DNA of 64,000 bases from Thermodesulfobacteriota bacterium (GTDB taxonomy: Bacteria > Desulfobacterota > Desulfobacteria > Desulfobacterales > SURF-7), in contig JBMORA010000038.1 in the NCBI GenBank assembly GCA_049320885.1, positions 1-64,000 of the forward strand, read 5' to 3'. Below the pieces are notes generated by a model. The model was not told where the DNA came from. It saw only the letters and a program-made list of their open reading frames with translations, and searched no databases. A program made the translations under genes and the position numbers. This document shows positions 19,713 to 28,761 of this stretch, one piece after another. Every line of letters begins with the position of its first letter. Position 1 is the first letter of the stretch.

Positions 19713-20066
19713 TCAGGAAAATCGGTTGAGGAGTTTTTCCGCCGCCATCCGCGCGGCCCAGCGCAAAAAGATCAGGGAGTACTCGGCGCCCGCCAGATAC
19801 ATTCCCGCCAGAAAGACCACATGGGACAATCCGTAGACGACCGGGCCGCCGATGATCAGGATCAGGGGTTCCTTCAGATAAGCGGCCAGGATGCCCAGAA
19901 AGCTGACCGCCGGCCAGCCGATGACATAGCTGAAAGCGATGGCGAAAACCCCGGCCATGACGCGAATCGACGGCCTTTTCCGAAAAGCGCTGAGATCGGC
20001 CTTTTCATCGATGGCGGACCGCACGAATTCGTTTTCAGCGAGCTTCTGGATGAACGGCAGTTTCAT
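19713..20066 (-). CDS. Hypothetical membrane protein
   Basis: MKLPFIQKLAEN start, hydrophobic segments (SYVIGWPAV...GGPVVYGLSH). Start codon uncertain. Confidence 0.6.
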   Translation of the reverse strand: MKLPFIQKLAENEFVRSAIDEKADLSAFRKRPSIRVMAGVFAIAFSYVIGWPAVSFLGILAAYLKEPLILIIGGPVVYGLSHVVFLAGMYLAGAEYSLIFLRWAARMAAEKLLNRFS

Positions 20067-20249
20067 TTTCGACCGGCGGCAAATCCGGTGGGCCACCCCT
20101 GTCCGGCCCCCGGAGGCGCAAGGCCGGCCCGGGAGGGAGGCCTGGGAGAATTGGGTTGAATTTTTATCGATAACATTGTACGTGTACTCACTTTCAACGA
20201 TGTTATCAGAATCTATTCGACTATGGGGATGCAATCAAGCTTTTTTGAG

Positions 20250-20966
20250 ATGAATACGCCCGCCTGCCCGGACTGCTGGGAGTTTTTCGACAAACTGTAT
20301 TGTATTTCGCTGGAAGAACGCGGGGACAGGCGCGCCGAAGCCGTCCGTCAATTCCGGAAAGTCGGTCTGGCGGATCGCGTTGAATTCGTCATCTTCCAGA
20401 AAAACCACGGGAACAGCGAGCAGGGCATTTTCGACTCCCATATGTGCTGCATCCGGAAGGGCATTCAGGCCGGCGCCAGGAATATGGTCATTTTCGAGGA
20501 TGACATCCTCTTTGAACGCTTCAGCGCCGCGAGACTGAAACGCAGCACCGAATTCCTGGCGCGCGAGGGGACCTGGAAAGCGTTTTTTCTGGGTTGCCTG
20601 GTCACGGGGAGCCGTCCCACGGACGAGAGAACCGTCATTCGCATTCAATACCGCAGCCTTGCCCATGCCTATGCCCTGAACCGCCCGTTTGCCGAAAAAC
20701 TGGCCTTGGAACAGTGGCGGGAGATTCCGTTTGATTCCATGGTGTGCCGACTGGATCGCGATCAGTACGCCCTCTACCCCTCCATCGCCTTTCAGGCCAA
20801 CACCCGCACCGACAATCAGCGTTTCGTGCAGCTGGACCGATACCGGCGCTTGTGCGGCGGCCTGCGGTGCATCCAGAAATTGAACGAAATCTATTATCGC
20901 CGGAAACTGGCAGTCATTGTGCTGCATCTGTTGTTCCTGGCGGCGATCATTATGGCGGTCTCCTGA
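20250..20966 (+). CDS. Glycosyltransferase family 25-like protein
   Basis: YCISLEERGDRR, GIFDSH, IFEDD, AHAYALN and a C-terminal TM helix. Confidence 0.72.
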   Translation: MNTPACPDCWEFFDKLYCISLEERGDRRAEAVRQFRKVGLADRVEFVIFQKNHGNSEQGIFDSHMCCIRKGIQAGARNMVIFEDDILFERFSAARLKRSTEFLAREGTWKAFFLGCLVTGSRPTDERTVIRIQYRSLAHAYALNRPFAEKLALEQWREIPFDSMVCRLDRDQYALYPSIAFQANTRTDNQRFVQLDRYRRLCGGLRCIQKLNEIYYRRKLAVIVLHLLFLAAIIMAVS

Positions 20967-21057
20967 TGCAGGCCCGCCCTTTGCCCATATCACCCATTCA
21001 GGACCCGATGGTCCGGAGCCGTTTTCATACCATCACGTCGACGATACCCAAGCTTCC

Positions 21058-24000
21058 ATGACTATAAAAACGATCCAATGGCATAGATTACTTGTCATTC
21101 TTCTGGCAACGGCAATGCTGGCCGGTATCGGACTGATGCGTCTGACCATCGATACCGATATCGTCGGCTCCATGCCCCAGGATGATCCGGTGTTGGCCGA
21201 CGCCGTCTATATCTTTCGTCACCATCCCATGCACGATCAAATTTTTATCGACGTTTCCACGGCATCCGAGAATCCGGACCGCCTGGCAGCCTGGGGCGAC
21301 CGGATCGAGGCGGAATTGATGGCGAGCGGTCTGTTTCGGAAGGTCGGTTTCAAGGATTTGCAGGCGGTTCTGCCGGAGCTGGTCGGGTACGCCGCGGACA
21401 ATCTGCCGGTCATGTTCACCGGGCGCCAGCTCGAGGAACAGGTCAAACCGCTTTTGGAACCGGAAGCGATCCAGCGTCGGCTTGTCGAATTGCAGGCGCG
21501 TCTTTTCAGCATGGAAGGGATCGGCCAGGCCCGGTTCATCGCCAAGGACCCGCTGGAATTGAAGAATCTCGTCATGGCGCGGATGGCGCCGCTGATTCCC
21601 GCAGGCTCGGTCCGGATGTACAAGGAAAAATTGATGTCATCGGACGGACGGCACCTGCTGCTCATCGCCAAACCGTTCGTGGCCGGAACGGATACGGCCT
21701 TCGCCCGGAAATTGGCGGCCCTGCTCCAATCCATCGCGACCAGGCTGGCGGATGAATGCGCCGGCTCCGCCGACTGTCCGGTCATCACCCCGGTGGGTGC
21801 GTATCGGGCCGCCCTGGACAACGAAGACCTCATCCGCAAGGATGTGGGCGACGCCCTTTCCCTGTCCACCATCGGCGTGGCGATTCTACTGCTCCTGGCT
21901 TTCCCGCGACCGCTCATCGGCCTGATGTCGCTGCTGCCGGCCATGGCCGCGACCATGACCGCCCTTTTCGTCTACTCCCTGCTGTTTCCATCCATTTCCA
22001 TCGTCGTGCTGGGTTTCGGCGGCGCCATCATTTCCATTACCGTGGACCAGGGGGTCGCCTATCTGCTGTTCATCGACCGCTCCCGCCCCACCACCGGCAA
22101 AGAGGCTTCCCGGGAAATCTGGGCCATCGGCCTGGTGGCGGTGCTGACCACCGTGGTGGCCTTTCTGGCGCTTTTGCTGAGCGGCTTCCCCATTTTCGCC
22201 CAGCTCGGTGTTTTCACCGCCTTGGGGCATACTTTTTCCTTTGTGTTCGTGCACAGCTTTTTCCCTCTTATTTTTCCCAAAATGCCCGCGGCCCTGACGC
22301 CGAAAAAAAGCCTGCAACGCGTTGTCGACCGGCTGTTTGCCTTCGGCAAGCCCGGGGCGATAGCGGCCCTGGCTTTCGCGGCCGGCATGCTTTTTTTCGC
22401 CAAACCAAATTTCAATCCGGATATCCACAACATGAACACCGTGGCCGAGGACACCCTGGCGGCGGAGCAAAAGCTGACGGAAGTATGGGGGGATGTGTTC
22501 GAGAGCCGCAAAGTCTTCATGATGGTTGAAGCGGATGATATCAACGCCCTGCAGCAGAAAGGCGACCGCCTGCTGGCGATGCTGGAGCAGGATCTGGACC
22601 GGGGCGTGCTTTCCGCAGCCTTCATACCGTCCATGCTCTTTCCCGGCGAGGAACGCCGGAGAGACAATCTTGCCGCCTGGAAGGCCTTCTGGGACACCGG
22701 CAGAATCAGCTCTCTGAAAGCGGAGATGACCCGGGCCGCCGTTGAGCTGGGGTTTCAGCCGGATGCCTTTCGGCCGTTTTTCTCCATGCTGGAAAACGCC
22801 CCGGCCGGGGAAACGGCGGAAATTCCCAAGTCTCTTTGGGATCTGCTTGGAATCGCGCAAAATCCAGTCACCTCCAGCCTGATTCAATTCGTGGGCCTGA
22901 CCAAGGCGGATGAGTATTCCCCGGAAGCCCACCACAACCGGTATGCAGCCAGCGCGCGGATATTCGATCAGGCTTTTTTCAGCCAGCGCCTGGGAGACCT
23001 GCTGTCCAGCACCTTTGGAAAAATGTTCCTGCTGATCAGCATCAGTGTCGCCCTGCAGCTGCTGGTGATGTTCTTTGATATATCCCTGACCCTCATCGCC
23101 GTGACGCCGGTGGTTTTCGCCTTTCTCTGCACCATCGGGACCCTTCATCTGCTGGGCCGGTCCCTGGACATCCCCGGGCTGATGCTGGCCATCATCATCC
23201 TGGGAATGGGCATCGATTACGCCCTGTTCTATATCCGCTCCTTTCAGCGGTATCAGCACGAAAACCATCCCTCTTTCGGGCTCATCCGGATGGCGGTGTT
23301 CATGGCGGCGGCCTCCAGCCTCGTCGGTTTCGGGGTGCTGTGCCTGGCCCGGCATTCCCTGCTGCAAAGCGTCGGGATCGTTTCCCTGCTGGGCATCGGT
23401 TATTCCCTGGCCGGGACGTTTTTGCTCCTTCCACCCATGGTCAGCCATTACTTCCGTGAGCGGAAAGGACCCGAGGATGAAAACGAGGCGCCCGACGTAT
23501 TCACCCGGCGGCGTTACCGCATGATGGAGCCCACGCCGCGACTGTTCGCGCGCTTCAAGTTGCAGACCGATCCCATGTTTGCGGAATTGCCGCGGCTGCT
23601 GGCGGCCGAGAACCGGGATGCCCGGACCATCATGGATGTCGGCAGCGGCTACGGCGTGCCGGCGGTCTGGTGTCTGGCGGTTTTCCGGCAGGCCCGGGTG
23701 TTCGGCATCGAGCCGGACGAGGAACGGGTCCGGGTGGCGACGCTGGCCGTGGGAGACCGGGGCGTCATCCGGGAAGGCCGGGCGCCGGAAGTCCCGGAAC
23801 CGCCGGCGCCGGCGGATTTCGCCTTGATGCTGGATATGGCCCATTACCTGACGGACGCGGAACTGGCGGCGACCCTGCAGGGGCTGCAACGGCGGCTCAA
23901 ACCGGCGGGAAGGCTGTACCTGCGCGCCACCATTTCGCCGGAAAAAAAATATTCCCTGTTGTGGTGGGTGGAGCATATCCGGCTGCGGCTGCAGGGGATA

Positions 24001-24126
24001 CCGGCGCGGTATCGCACCGTCGACGAATTGAGAAGCATCATCGAAGACCAGGGGTTTCGGGTGGGAAAAGAGCAATTTTCCGGCGTAAACGGCGATTTGT
24101 ATTGGTTTGTCGGAGCCGTTGCATGA
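21058..24126 (+). CDS. MMPL/RND-family lipid exporter fused to a C-terminal class I SAM methyltransferase
   Basis: Two TM bundles with SITVDQG and GMGIDYALF motifs and two large periplasmic loops. C-terminal DVGSGYG motif I and LDMAHYL. Confidence 0.85.
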   Translation: MTIKTIQWHRLLVILLATAMLAGIGLMRLTIDTDIVGSMPQDDPVLADAVYIFRHHPMHDQIFIDVSTASENPDRLAAWGDRIEAELMASGLFRKVGFKDLQAVLPELVGYAADNLPVMFTGRQLEEQVKPLLEPEAIQRRLVELQARLFSMEGIGQARFIAKDPLELKNLVMARMAPLIPAGSVRMYKEKLMSSDGRHLLLIAKPFVAGTDTAFARKLAALLQSIATRLADECAGSADCPVITPVGAYRAALDNEDLIRKDVGDALSLSTIGVAILLLLAFPRPLIGLMSLLPAMAATMTALFVYSLLFPSISIVVLGFGGAIISITVDQGVAYLLFIDRSRPTTGKEASREIWAIGLVAVLTTVVAFLALLLSGFPIFAQLGVFTALGHTFSFVFVHSFFPLIFPKMPAALTPKKSLQRVVDRLFAFGKPGAIAALAFAAGMLFFAKPNFNPDIHNMNTVAEDTLAAEQKLTEVWGDVFESRKVFMMVEADDINALQQKGDRLLAMLEQDLDRGVLSAAFIPSMLFPGEERRRDNLAAWKAFWDTGRISSLKAEMTRAAVELGFQPDAFRPFFSMLENAPAGETAEIPKSLWDLLGIAQNPVTSSLIQFVGLTKADEYSPEAHHNRYAASARIFDQAFFSQRLGDLLSSTFGKMFLLISISVALQLLVMFFDISLTLIAVTPVVFAFLCTIGTLHLLGRSLDIPGLMLAIIILGMGIDYALFYIRSFQRYQHENHPSFGLIRMAVFMAAASSLVGFGVLCLARHSLLQSVGIVSLLGIGYSLAGTFLLLPPMVSHYFRERKGPEDENEAPDVFTRRRYRMMEPTPRLFARFKLQTDPMFAELPRLLAAENRDARTIMDVGSGYGVPAVWCLAVFRQARVFGIEPDEERVRVATLAVGDRGVIREGRAPEVPEPPAPADFALMLDMAHYLTDAELAATLQGLQRRLKPAGRLYLRATISPEKKYSLLWWVEHIRLRLQGIPARYRTVDELRSIIEDQGFRVGKEQFSGVNGDLYWFVGAVA

Positions 24127-24992
24127 AAAAAGCGGCCGCCTCGGGCCATGCGGCGCTGAAGGACCGATGGGAATCCATGGAAAACGACGGGGACAATATC
24201 CGGAAGTGGTCGCTGGCTGAAAAAACCGGTCTTGCGGCCATCGGAACGGCGGCGCTGCTGACTGCGGCGGACCCGCTCCTGGCGGTGCTGCCGCTTGGCG
24301 CCTTCCTGCTGTTGTGCCTGGCAGCGCCGTTTTTCACCCGGCTCAGTTTTTATCTGCCCATCATCAGCCGGGGAACGTCCGGGAAACAGGTCGTGGCCCT
24401 GACCTTTGACGACGGCCCGGATCCGGTTTCCACCCCGGAATTGCTGCGGCTGCTGGACGAACACCGGGTCCCGGCGACGTTTTTCGTCAGCGGTCATAAG
24501 GCGGCGGCCCATCCCGAGTTGATCCGGGAGATCATCCGCCGCGGTCACGACCTGGGGAATCATTCCTACAGCCATGACATTTTCATTATGTTCAAGGGCC
24601 GGAAAGCGTTGCGGGCAGAGATCGAAGCCACCCAGCGGATCCTGGGCGCCCACGGAATTCAGCCCCTTACGTTCCGGCCGCCGGTGGGCATCACCAACCC
24701 CCTGCTGGGGCCGGTCCTTAAGGGGGCCGGCATGTTCGCCGTCAATTTCAGCTGCCGGGCCGCCGACCTGGGCAACCGCCGGATCCGGAAACTCGCCGAC
24801 AGGATATTGAACCGCATCCGGCCGGACGACATTGTGGTGCTTCACGATATTCGGCCCGCAGACCCGGAACTGCTGCCCTACTGGTTGAAAGAGATCGAAC
24901 GGATGATAGCAGGGATCGAAGCAAAAGGGCTTGCCGTCGTGCCGCTTGCGAATATCATCGGCCGGCCCGTCATGGGGCCTTCGAATCCGTAG
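24123..24992 (+). CDS. Membrane-anchored polysaccharide deacetylase (NodB/CE4)
   Basis: ALTFDDGP, GNHSYSH, FRPPVG, IVVLHD. ATGA overlap with the MMPL gene. Confidence 0.9.
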   Translation: MKKAAASGHAALKDRWESMENDGDNIRKWSLAEKTGLAAIGTAALLTAADPLLAVLPLGAFLLLCLAAPFFTRLSFYLPIISRGTSGKQVVALTFDDGPDPVSTPELLRLLDEHRVPATFFVSGHKAAAHPELIREIIRRGHDLGNHSYSHDIFIMFKGRKALRAEIEATQRILGAHGIQPLTFRPPVGITNPLLGPVLKGAGMFAVNFSCRAADLGNRRIRKLADRILNRIRPDDIVVLHDIRPADPELLPYWLKEIERMIAGIEAKGLAVVPLANIIGRPVMGPSNP

Positions 24993-25113
24993 GGCGGGGG
25001 GCGAATTCCTCTATCATGCGGAAGATTGACGACGCCTTTTCTTTATTAAGAATTTTGTTCTACTAATGTTTATTGGAGCGAGTTTCCAATCCTTACCTCT
25101 TTTTGTGCTTTAA

Positions 25114-25135
25114 AGTAAGGGATATTTGCCTTACT
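25114..25135. promoter_or_regulatory. Inverted repeat upstream of the antitoxin (probable TA autoregulatory operator)
   Basis: AGTAAGG-N8-CCTTACT, 25 nt upstream of the antitoxin ATG. Confidence 0.45.
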
Positions 25136-25160
25136 ATTAAAACGCAATTGAGAGGAGGCT

Positions 25161-25418
25161 ATGCAAATGAGTGCGCTAACCATTACCGCAAAAGGTCAGG
25201 TCACTTTACGGCAAGATTTATTAAATCATATAGGTGTCGGCCCAGGCCAGAAAATTGAGGTTGATAAATTACCCAACGGCAGGATCGTGGTGAGAGCCGC
25301 CGCCCAAAATGGTACGATTGCAGATTTCATTGGCTGCCTTTCACAAGAAAATAGGCCCATTCTAACGCTTGATGAAATGAATGAGATTACGGCTCAGGGG
25401 TGGGCGGGGGAAGAATGA
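25161..25418 (+). CDS. AbrB/MazE/SpoVT-family antitoxin
   Basis: TITAKGQVTL...LNHIGVGPGQKI. GGAGG RBS. ATGA overlap with a PIN-domain start. Confidence 0.85.
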   Translation: MQMSALTITAKGQVTLRQDLLNHIGVGPGQKIEVDKLPNGRIVVRAAAQNGTIADFIGCLSQENRPILTLDEMNEITAQGWAGEE

Positions 25419-25500
25419 AAATTTCCGTCGATACCAATGTACTGGTGCGAGCAGCTGTTCAAGACGACAAGCACCAGTGCTATATTAAGGTGAGCAACAT
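25415..25500 (+). pseudogene. Truncated PIN/VapC toxin (N-terminus only)
   Basis: MKISVDTNVLVRAAVQDD is a PIN beta1 DTN motif. Similarity stops after about 22 codons. Confidence 0.7.
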
Positions 25501-25501
25501 T

Positions 25502-25594
25502 ATCGCTGAAGGGATAGCCGTCCAGGGCGGTCCGGGACATGACGTGGTATACGGTTTTCTGATCCGGGATGATCATTCTGGCGATTCTGGGCAT
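25502..25594 (-). mobile_element. N-terminal fragment of an IS200-like/REP-associated tyrosine transposase (Y1 HUH)
   Basis: GGAGG RBS then MPRIARMIIPDQKTVYHVMSRTALDGYPFSD, with the MPRxxR and YHVxSR signature. Truncated before the HUH motif. Confidence 0.7.
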
Positions 25595-25672
25595 ATTCGG
25601 GGCCTCCGTGTTTCGATGGTTTGGTACCGGGTACCATAATATTTGATAAAAAGTAATAATTCTCTTATTCTC

Positions 25673-25700
25673 CTGTCCCTGCCCCACTGTCCCTGCCCCA
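25673..25700. repeat. Perfect 14-bp tandem direct repeat
   Basis: CTGTCCCTGCCCCA twice (25673-25686 and 25687-25700). Confidence 0.85.
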
Positions 25701-25788
25701 GACCCAATTCTCCTTTGATTGATTATTTTGCTTGACTTGTGCAATAAATATCACAAAATATATTATAAAAAGCATGCTGGAGGATGTC

Positions 25789-26034
25789 ATGAGAACCACC
25801 GTCACACTTGATGAAAATTTGGTCAGGGAATTGGTTAAATTTTCCGATGCCAAAACCAAAACAGCGGCCGTAGCTTTAGCCGTTAAAGAACAAATCCGAA
25901 GAGCGAAACTGAAAAGGCTTGCCGGTCTCCTTGGAACGGTCAAGATCGATGAAAACATCATTCAGGATAGTAATTCCGATGATTTAAGGCGCGCTCAATG
26001 GCTTGCGGAGATGGGAAAGGGAAACGGCAAATAG
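25789..26034 (+). CDS. vapB: Type II antitoxin, VapB family
   Basis: MRTTVTLDENLV...KTKTAAVALA. GGAGG RBS. Directly upstream of a PIN gene. Confidence 0.85.
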   Translation: MRTTVTLDENLVRELVKFSDAKTKTAAVALAVKEQIRRAKLKRLAGLLGTVKIDENIIQDSNSDDLRRAQWLAEMGKGNGK

Positions 26035-26035
26035 C

Positions 26036-26440
26036 ATGGAATCGGTATTATTGGATACTTCTGTTTGGCTGGATTCATTGCAAGGCAAATCGCCTAAAAT
26101 GGTTTCACTTATCCAGGCATTGCTTAATGATGATCGCGTACTTACATGCGGACCGGTATTATTTGAAATCAAACGAGGTCTTCGCCCATCTGAACGAAAA
26201 AAAATATTGCCATTGTTTGAAGCCTTGATCCGGCTCCCGGTTGATGAAGATATTTGGGATACTGCCGGTGATTTAGATGCTGACCTGCGCAGCAAAGGCA
26301 TTACGATCCCGCCAATGGATGTTTTGATTGCCCAGATATGTTTGCATCACGGAACTTTTCTTTTTACTCTGGATAAGCACTTTTATTCTGTTCCTGGCTT
26401 GAAAATCTTTCACCCTTCCGAAAATCGTTCGGGTGAGTAA
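26036..26440 (+). CDS. vapC: PIN-domain ribonuclease toxin VapC
   Basis: LLDTSVW, E in VLFEIKRG, MDVLIA, TLDKHF supply the acidic PIN tetrad. Confidence 0.88.
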   Translation: MESVLLDTSVWLDSLQGKSPKMVSLIQALLNDDRVLTCGPVLFEIKRGLRPSERKKILPLFEALIRLPVDEDIWDTAGDLDADLRSKGITIPPMDVLIAQICLHHGTFLFTLDKHFYSVPGLKIFHPSENRSGE

Positions 26441-26482
26441 AAGGCCATCCCGTTTATCTGCATCGGTTTCTTTCCCTTCTTC

Positions 26483-27481
26483 CCCAGGGGTTTTTTAGAG
26501 GCCTATCCCAGGGGGGGTGTTCTGGATGAAATTCAGCGGGCGCCGGAACTCTTTTCATATATTCAGACGCATGTGGATGACCTCGGAGAAGAGGGCGTTT
26601 ATGTTCTGACCGGTTCCTCCAATTTCGGCTTGATGGAAGGGATCAACCAATCACTGGCCGGAAGAGTCGCCATCCTGGAGTTGCTGCCCTTTTCCTATTC
26701 TGAACTGGAACAGGCCGGTCGACTGCCGGGTGCCATTGAGGAATATCTGTTTGCCGGCGCGTATACGCGAATTTATGACATGGGTCTTGAACCCTCACGA
26801 TGGTATTCTAATTACGTGGCGACATATCTGGAAAGGGATGTGCGCCAAATAAAAAATGTGACGGATCTTGCGGTATTTCAACATTTCCTGAAGATGTGCG
26901 CCGCACGGTCCGGGCAGGTCCTGAATCTTTCCGCGTTGGGAAATGACTGCGGCATCACACACAATACAGCCAGATCATGGATCTCCATCCTTCAGGCCGG
27001 CTATGTCGTATATCTGTTGAAACCACATGTGAAAAATTTCAATAAAAGACTGATCAAAAGCCCGAAACTCTATTTTTATGATTCCGGCCTTCTCGCTTAT
27101 CTCCTGGGGATTTCTTCACCGGAAATGGTGAACATTCACAGTCACAAGGGCGCGCTCTTCGAGACATGGGTGATTTCCGAACTTTTAAAAGGCCGGATGC
27201 ACCGGGGGCTCAAGGAACACTTTTATTTCTGGCGGGACAACGTGGGGCATGAAATCGATTGTCTGGCCGAAAGGGGTGATCGATTGCTGCCGATTGAAAT
27301 CAAAGCCGGAAAAACCGTTTCAACGGATTTTTTCAAAGGGCTGAGTTAATACACCGCGCTTTCTCAAGGCAGCGCTTTTCAGCCGACCGTTGTCTACGCA
27401 GGGGCGTCGGACCAGATGAGAAAGGATGGGGCTGTTTTAAGTTGGAAATCCTTCGGAAAATCGATTCCTGGGGATATATAG
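26483..27481 (+). pseudogene. AAA_14 ATPase/DUF4143 protein, 5'-truncated and with a premature stop
   Basis: Starts mid-protein (PRGFLEAYPRGGVLDEIQRAP) with no Walker A. LTGSS, SLAGR, KSPKLYFYDSGL, EIKAG present. In-frame TAA at 27347-27349 is followed by VVYAG...VLSW up to TAG at 27481. Confidence 0.8.
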
Positions 27482-27570
27482 TGGCGGCCAGACCGGAATC
27501 GCAGGCATAGGTTTTCATAGGGTTCACCGTGCGCCGGCAATCGGATTGGCTATGGATATTGGCGGATACT

Positions 27571-28650
27571 TTATAAATTGTCCTTGTTCGAGCCGGCGTT
27601 GCGCCAGCAGAGCGGGTCCGAGGCCAGATAATCGCCGGTGAGCTGGAAGGCGGCGCCGCGGCAGCCGTAGCATTCATCCGCCTGGTTGCAGGCGGCGCAG
27701 CTGCCTTTGATGGTGTGCCGGTAATCCTTCAACTGCGCCAGCACCTCGCTGGTGCGCAGGATGTCAGCCAGTTTCCGCTGGCGGATATTGCCGATGGACA
27801 GGTTGACGCCCACGCAGGGCATCACCTCGCCGGTGGAGGTCACCACGCAGGAAAACTGGTGCCGCAGGCATTTGTTGCCCACCAGCGGCGGCTGGGGGGC
27901 CCAGGTGTTGTGGTAGCGTTCCCGGTCGATGGCGGCGATCCGGTCGAAGAGGTTTTTGATTTCGAGCGGATCGACTTCCAGCCAGGTGTTTTCCCGGGCC
28001 CGGGACTGGGGGGTCATGATTTCAAAATAGGGCGCGATGCCCTGATCCCGCAGCCATTGCCACAATTGCGGCAGCTCGTCGAAATTCTGCCGGCAGATGA
28101 TGGTGCTGACGGCCAGGAACCCCGTTGCGGATGGATATCCGGCGGCCTTCAGGTTCCGCAGGGCGGTCTGAATGATGTCATAGGCGCCGGTCGTGCCGGT
28201 CAGGAGGTCCTGCAGGTCGGCCCGAAACGTGTTCATTTTGAGCACCACGCGCACATCCCGGGCATACAGTTCCCGCGCGAAATCAGCGGTAACCCCCGAC
28301 CCGTTGGTGAACATCTCCACCACCAGACCGTTTTCCCGGATAAACCGGATCATCGCACGGATATGGGGATAGATGGTCGGCTCCCCGCCCAGAATGATGA
28401 TTTTTTGGGCGCCCAGGTCTTTTGCCTGGAGAACGGCGTCACGGAGCTCATCGGGCGACAATTCCTGTTTGTAAAAGACCTCTTCGGGCACATAGCAATA
28501 CGGGCAACGGAAATTGCACCGCAGGCTGAACTCGATTTCCATGGACAGAAGCCGGTGGTTCTTCCTGGCGGCGTCTATTTCCTGTGCCGAAAATTCAAAA
28601 TCCGGTTTCCCGATGCAGGCGGAGGGCATATCCGAGCAGGCTGTCTTCAA
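27571..28650 (-). CDS. Radical SAM protein with a SPASM domain
   Basis: CNFRCPYC, GGEP, FTNG. C-terminal CLRHQFSC...MPC...CAACNQADECYGCRG...C. TTG start after AGAGG. Confidence 0.9.
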   Translation of the reverse strand: MKTACSDMPSACIGKPDFEFSAQEIDAARKNHRLLSMEIEFSLRCNFRCPYCYVPEEVFYKQELSPDELRDAVLQAKDLGAQKIIILGGEPTIYPHIRAMIRFIRENGLVVEMFTNGSGVTADFARELYARDVRVVLKMNTFRADLQDLLTGTTGAYDIIQTALRNLKAAGYPSATGFLAVSTIICRQNFDELPQLWQWLRDQGIAPYFEIMTPQSRARENTWLEVDPLEIKNLFDRIAAIDRERYHNTWAPQPPLVGNKCLRHQFSCVVTSTGEVMPCVGVNLSIGNIRQRKLADILRTSEVLAQLKDYRHTIKGSCAACNQADECYGCRGAAFQLTGDYLASDPLCWRNAGSNKDNL

Positions 28651-28761
28651 TTTATATTTGTACCTCTTTTAAACGATCTGTGATATAGCACATATCTTTT
28701 ATAGGGAAAGCGGGCGGCGGTGTCAAGCGCGTCATCCGCGGAAGGACAGGCCATCAGGACC

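Noticed and set aside
21886..24075. 729-aa minus-strand ORF
   Set aside because: Antisense shadow of the MMPL gene with no recognisable domain.
25673..25700. Tandem repeat as a CRISPR remnant
   Set aside because: 14-bp units with no spacer and no cas genes.
27347..27349. In-frame stop in the AAA ATPase as programmed recoding (Sec/Pyl)
   Set aside because: The codon is TAA, not TGA or TAG, and the gene also lacks its 5' end, so it is a pseudogene.
27333..27518. Short ORF MKTYACDSGLAA downstream of the SPASM gene as a RiPP precursor
   Set aside because: No clear RBS, and most of it is antisense to the ATPase pseudogene tail. It could be a gene stub but is unsupported.
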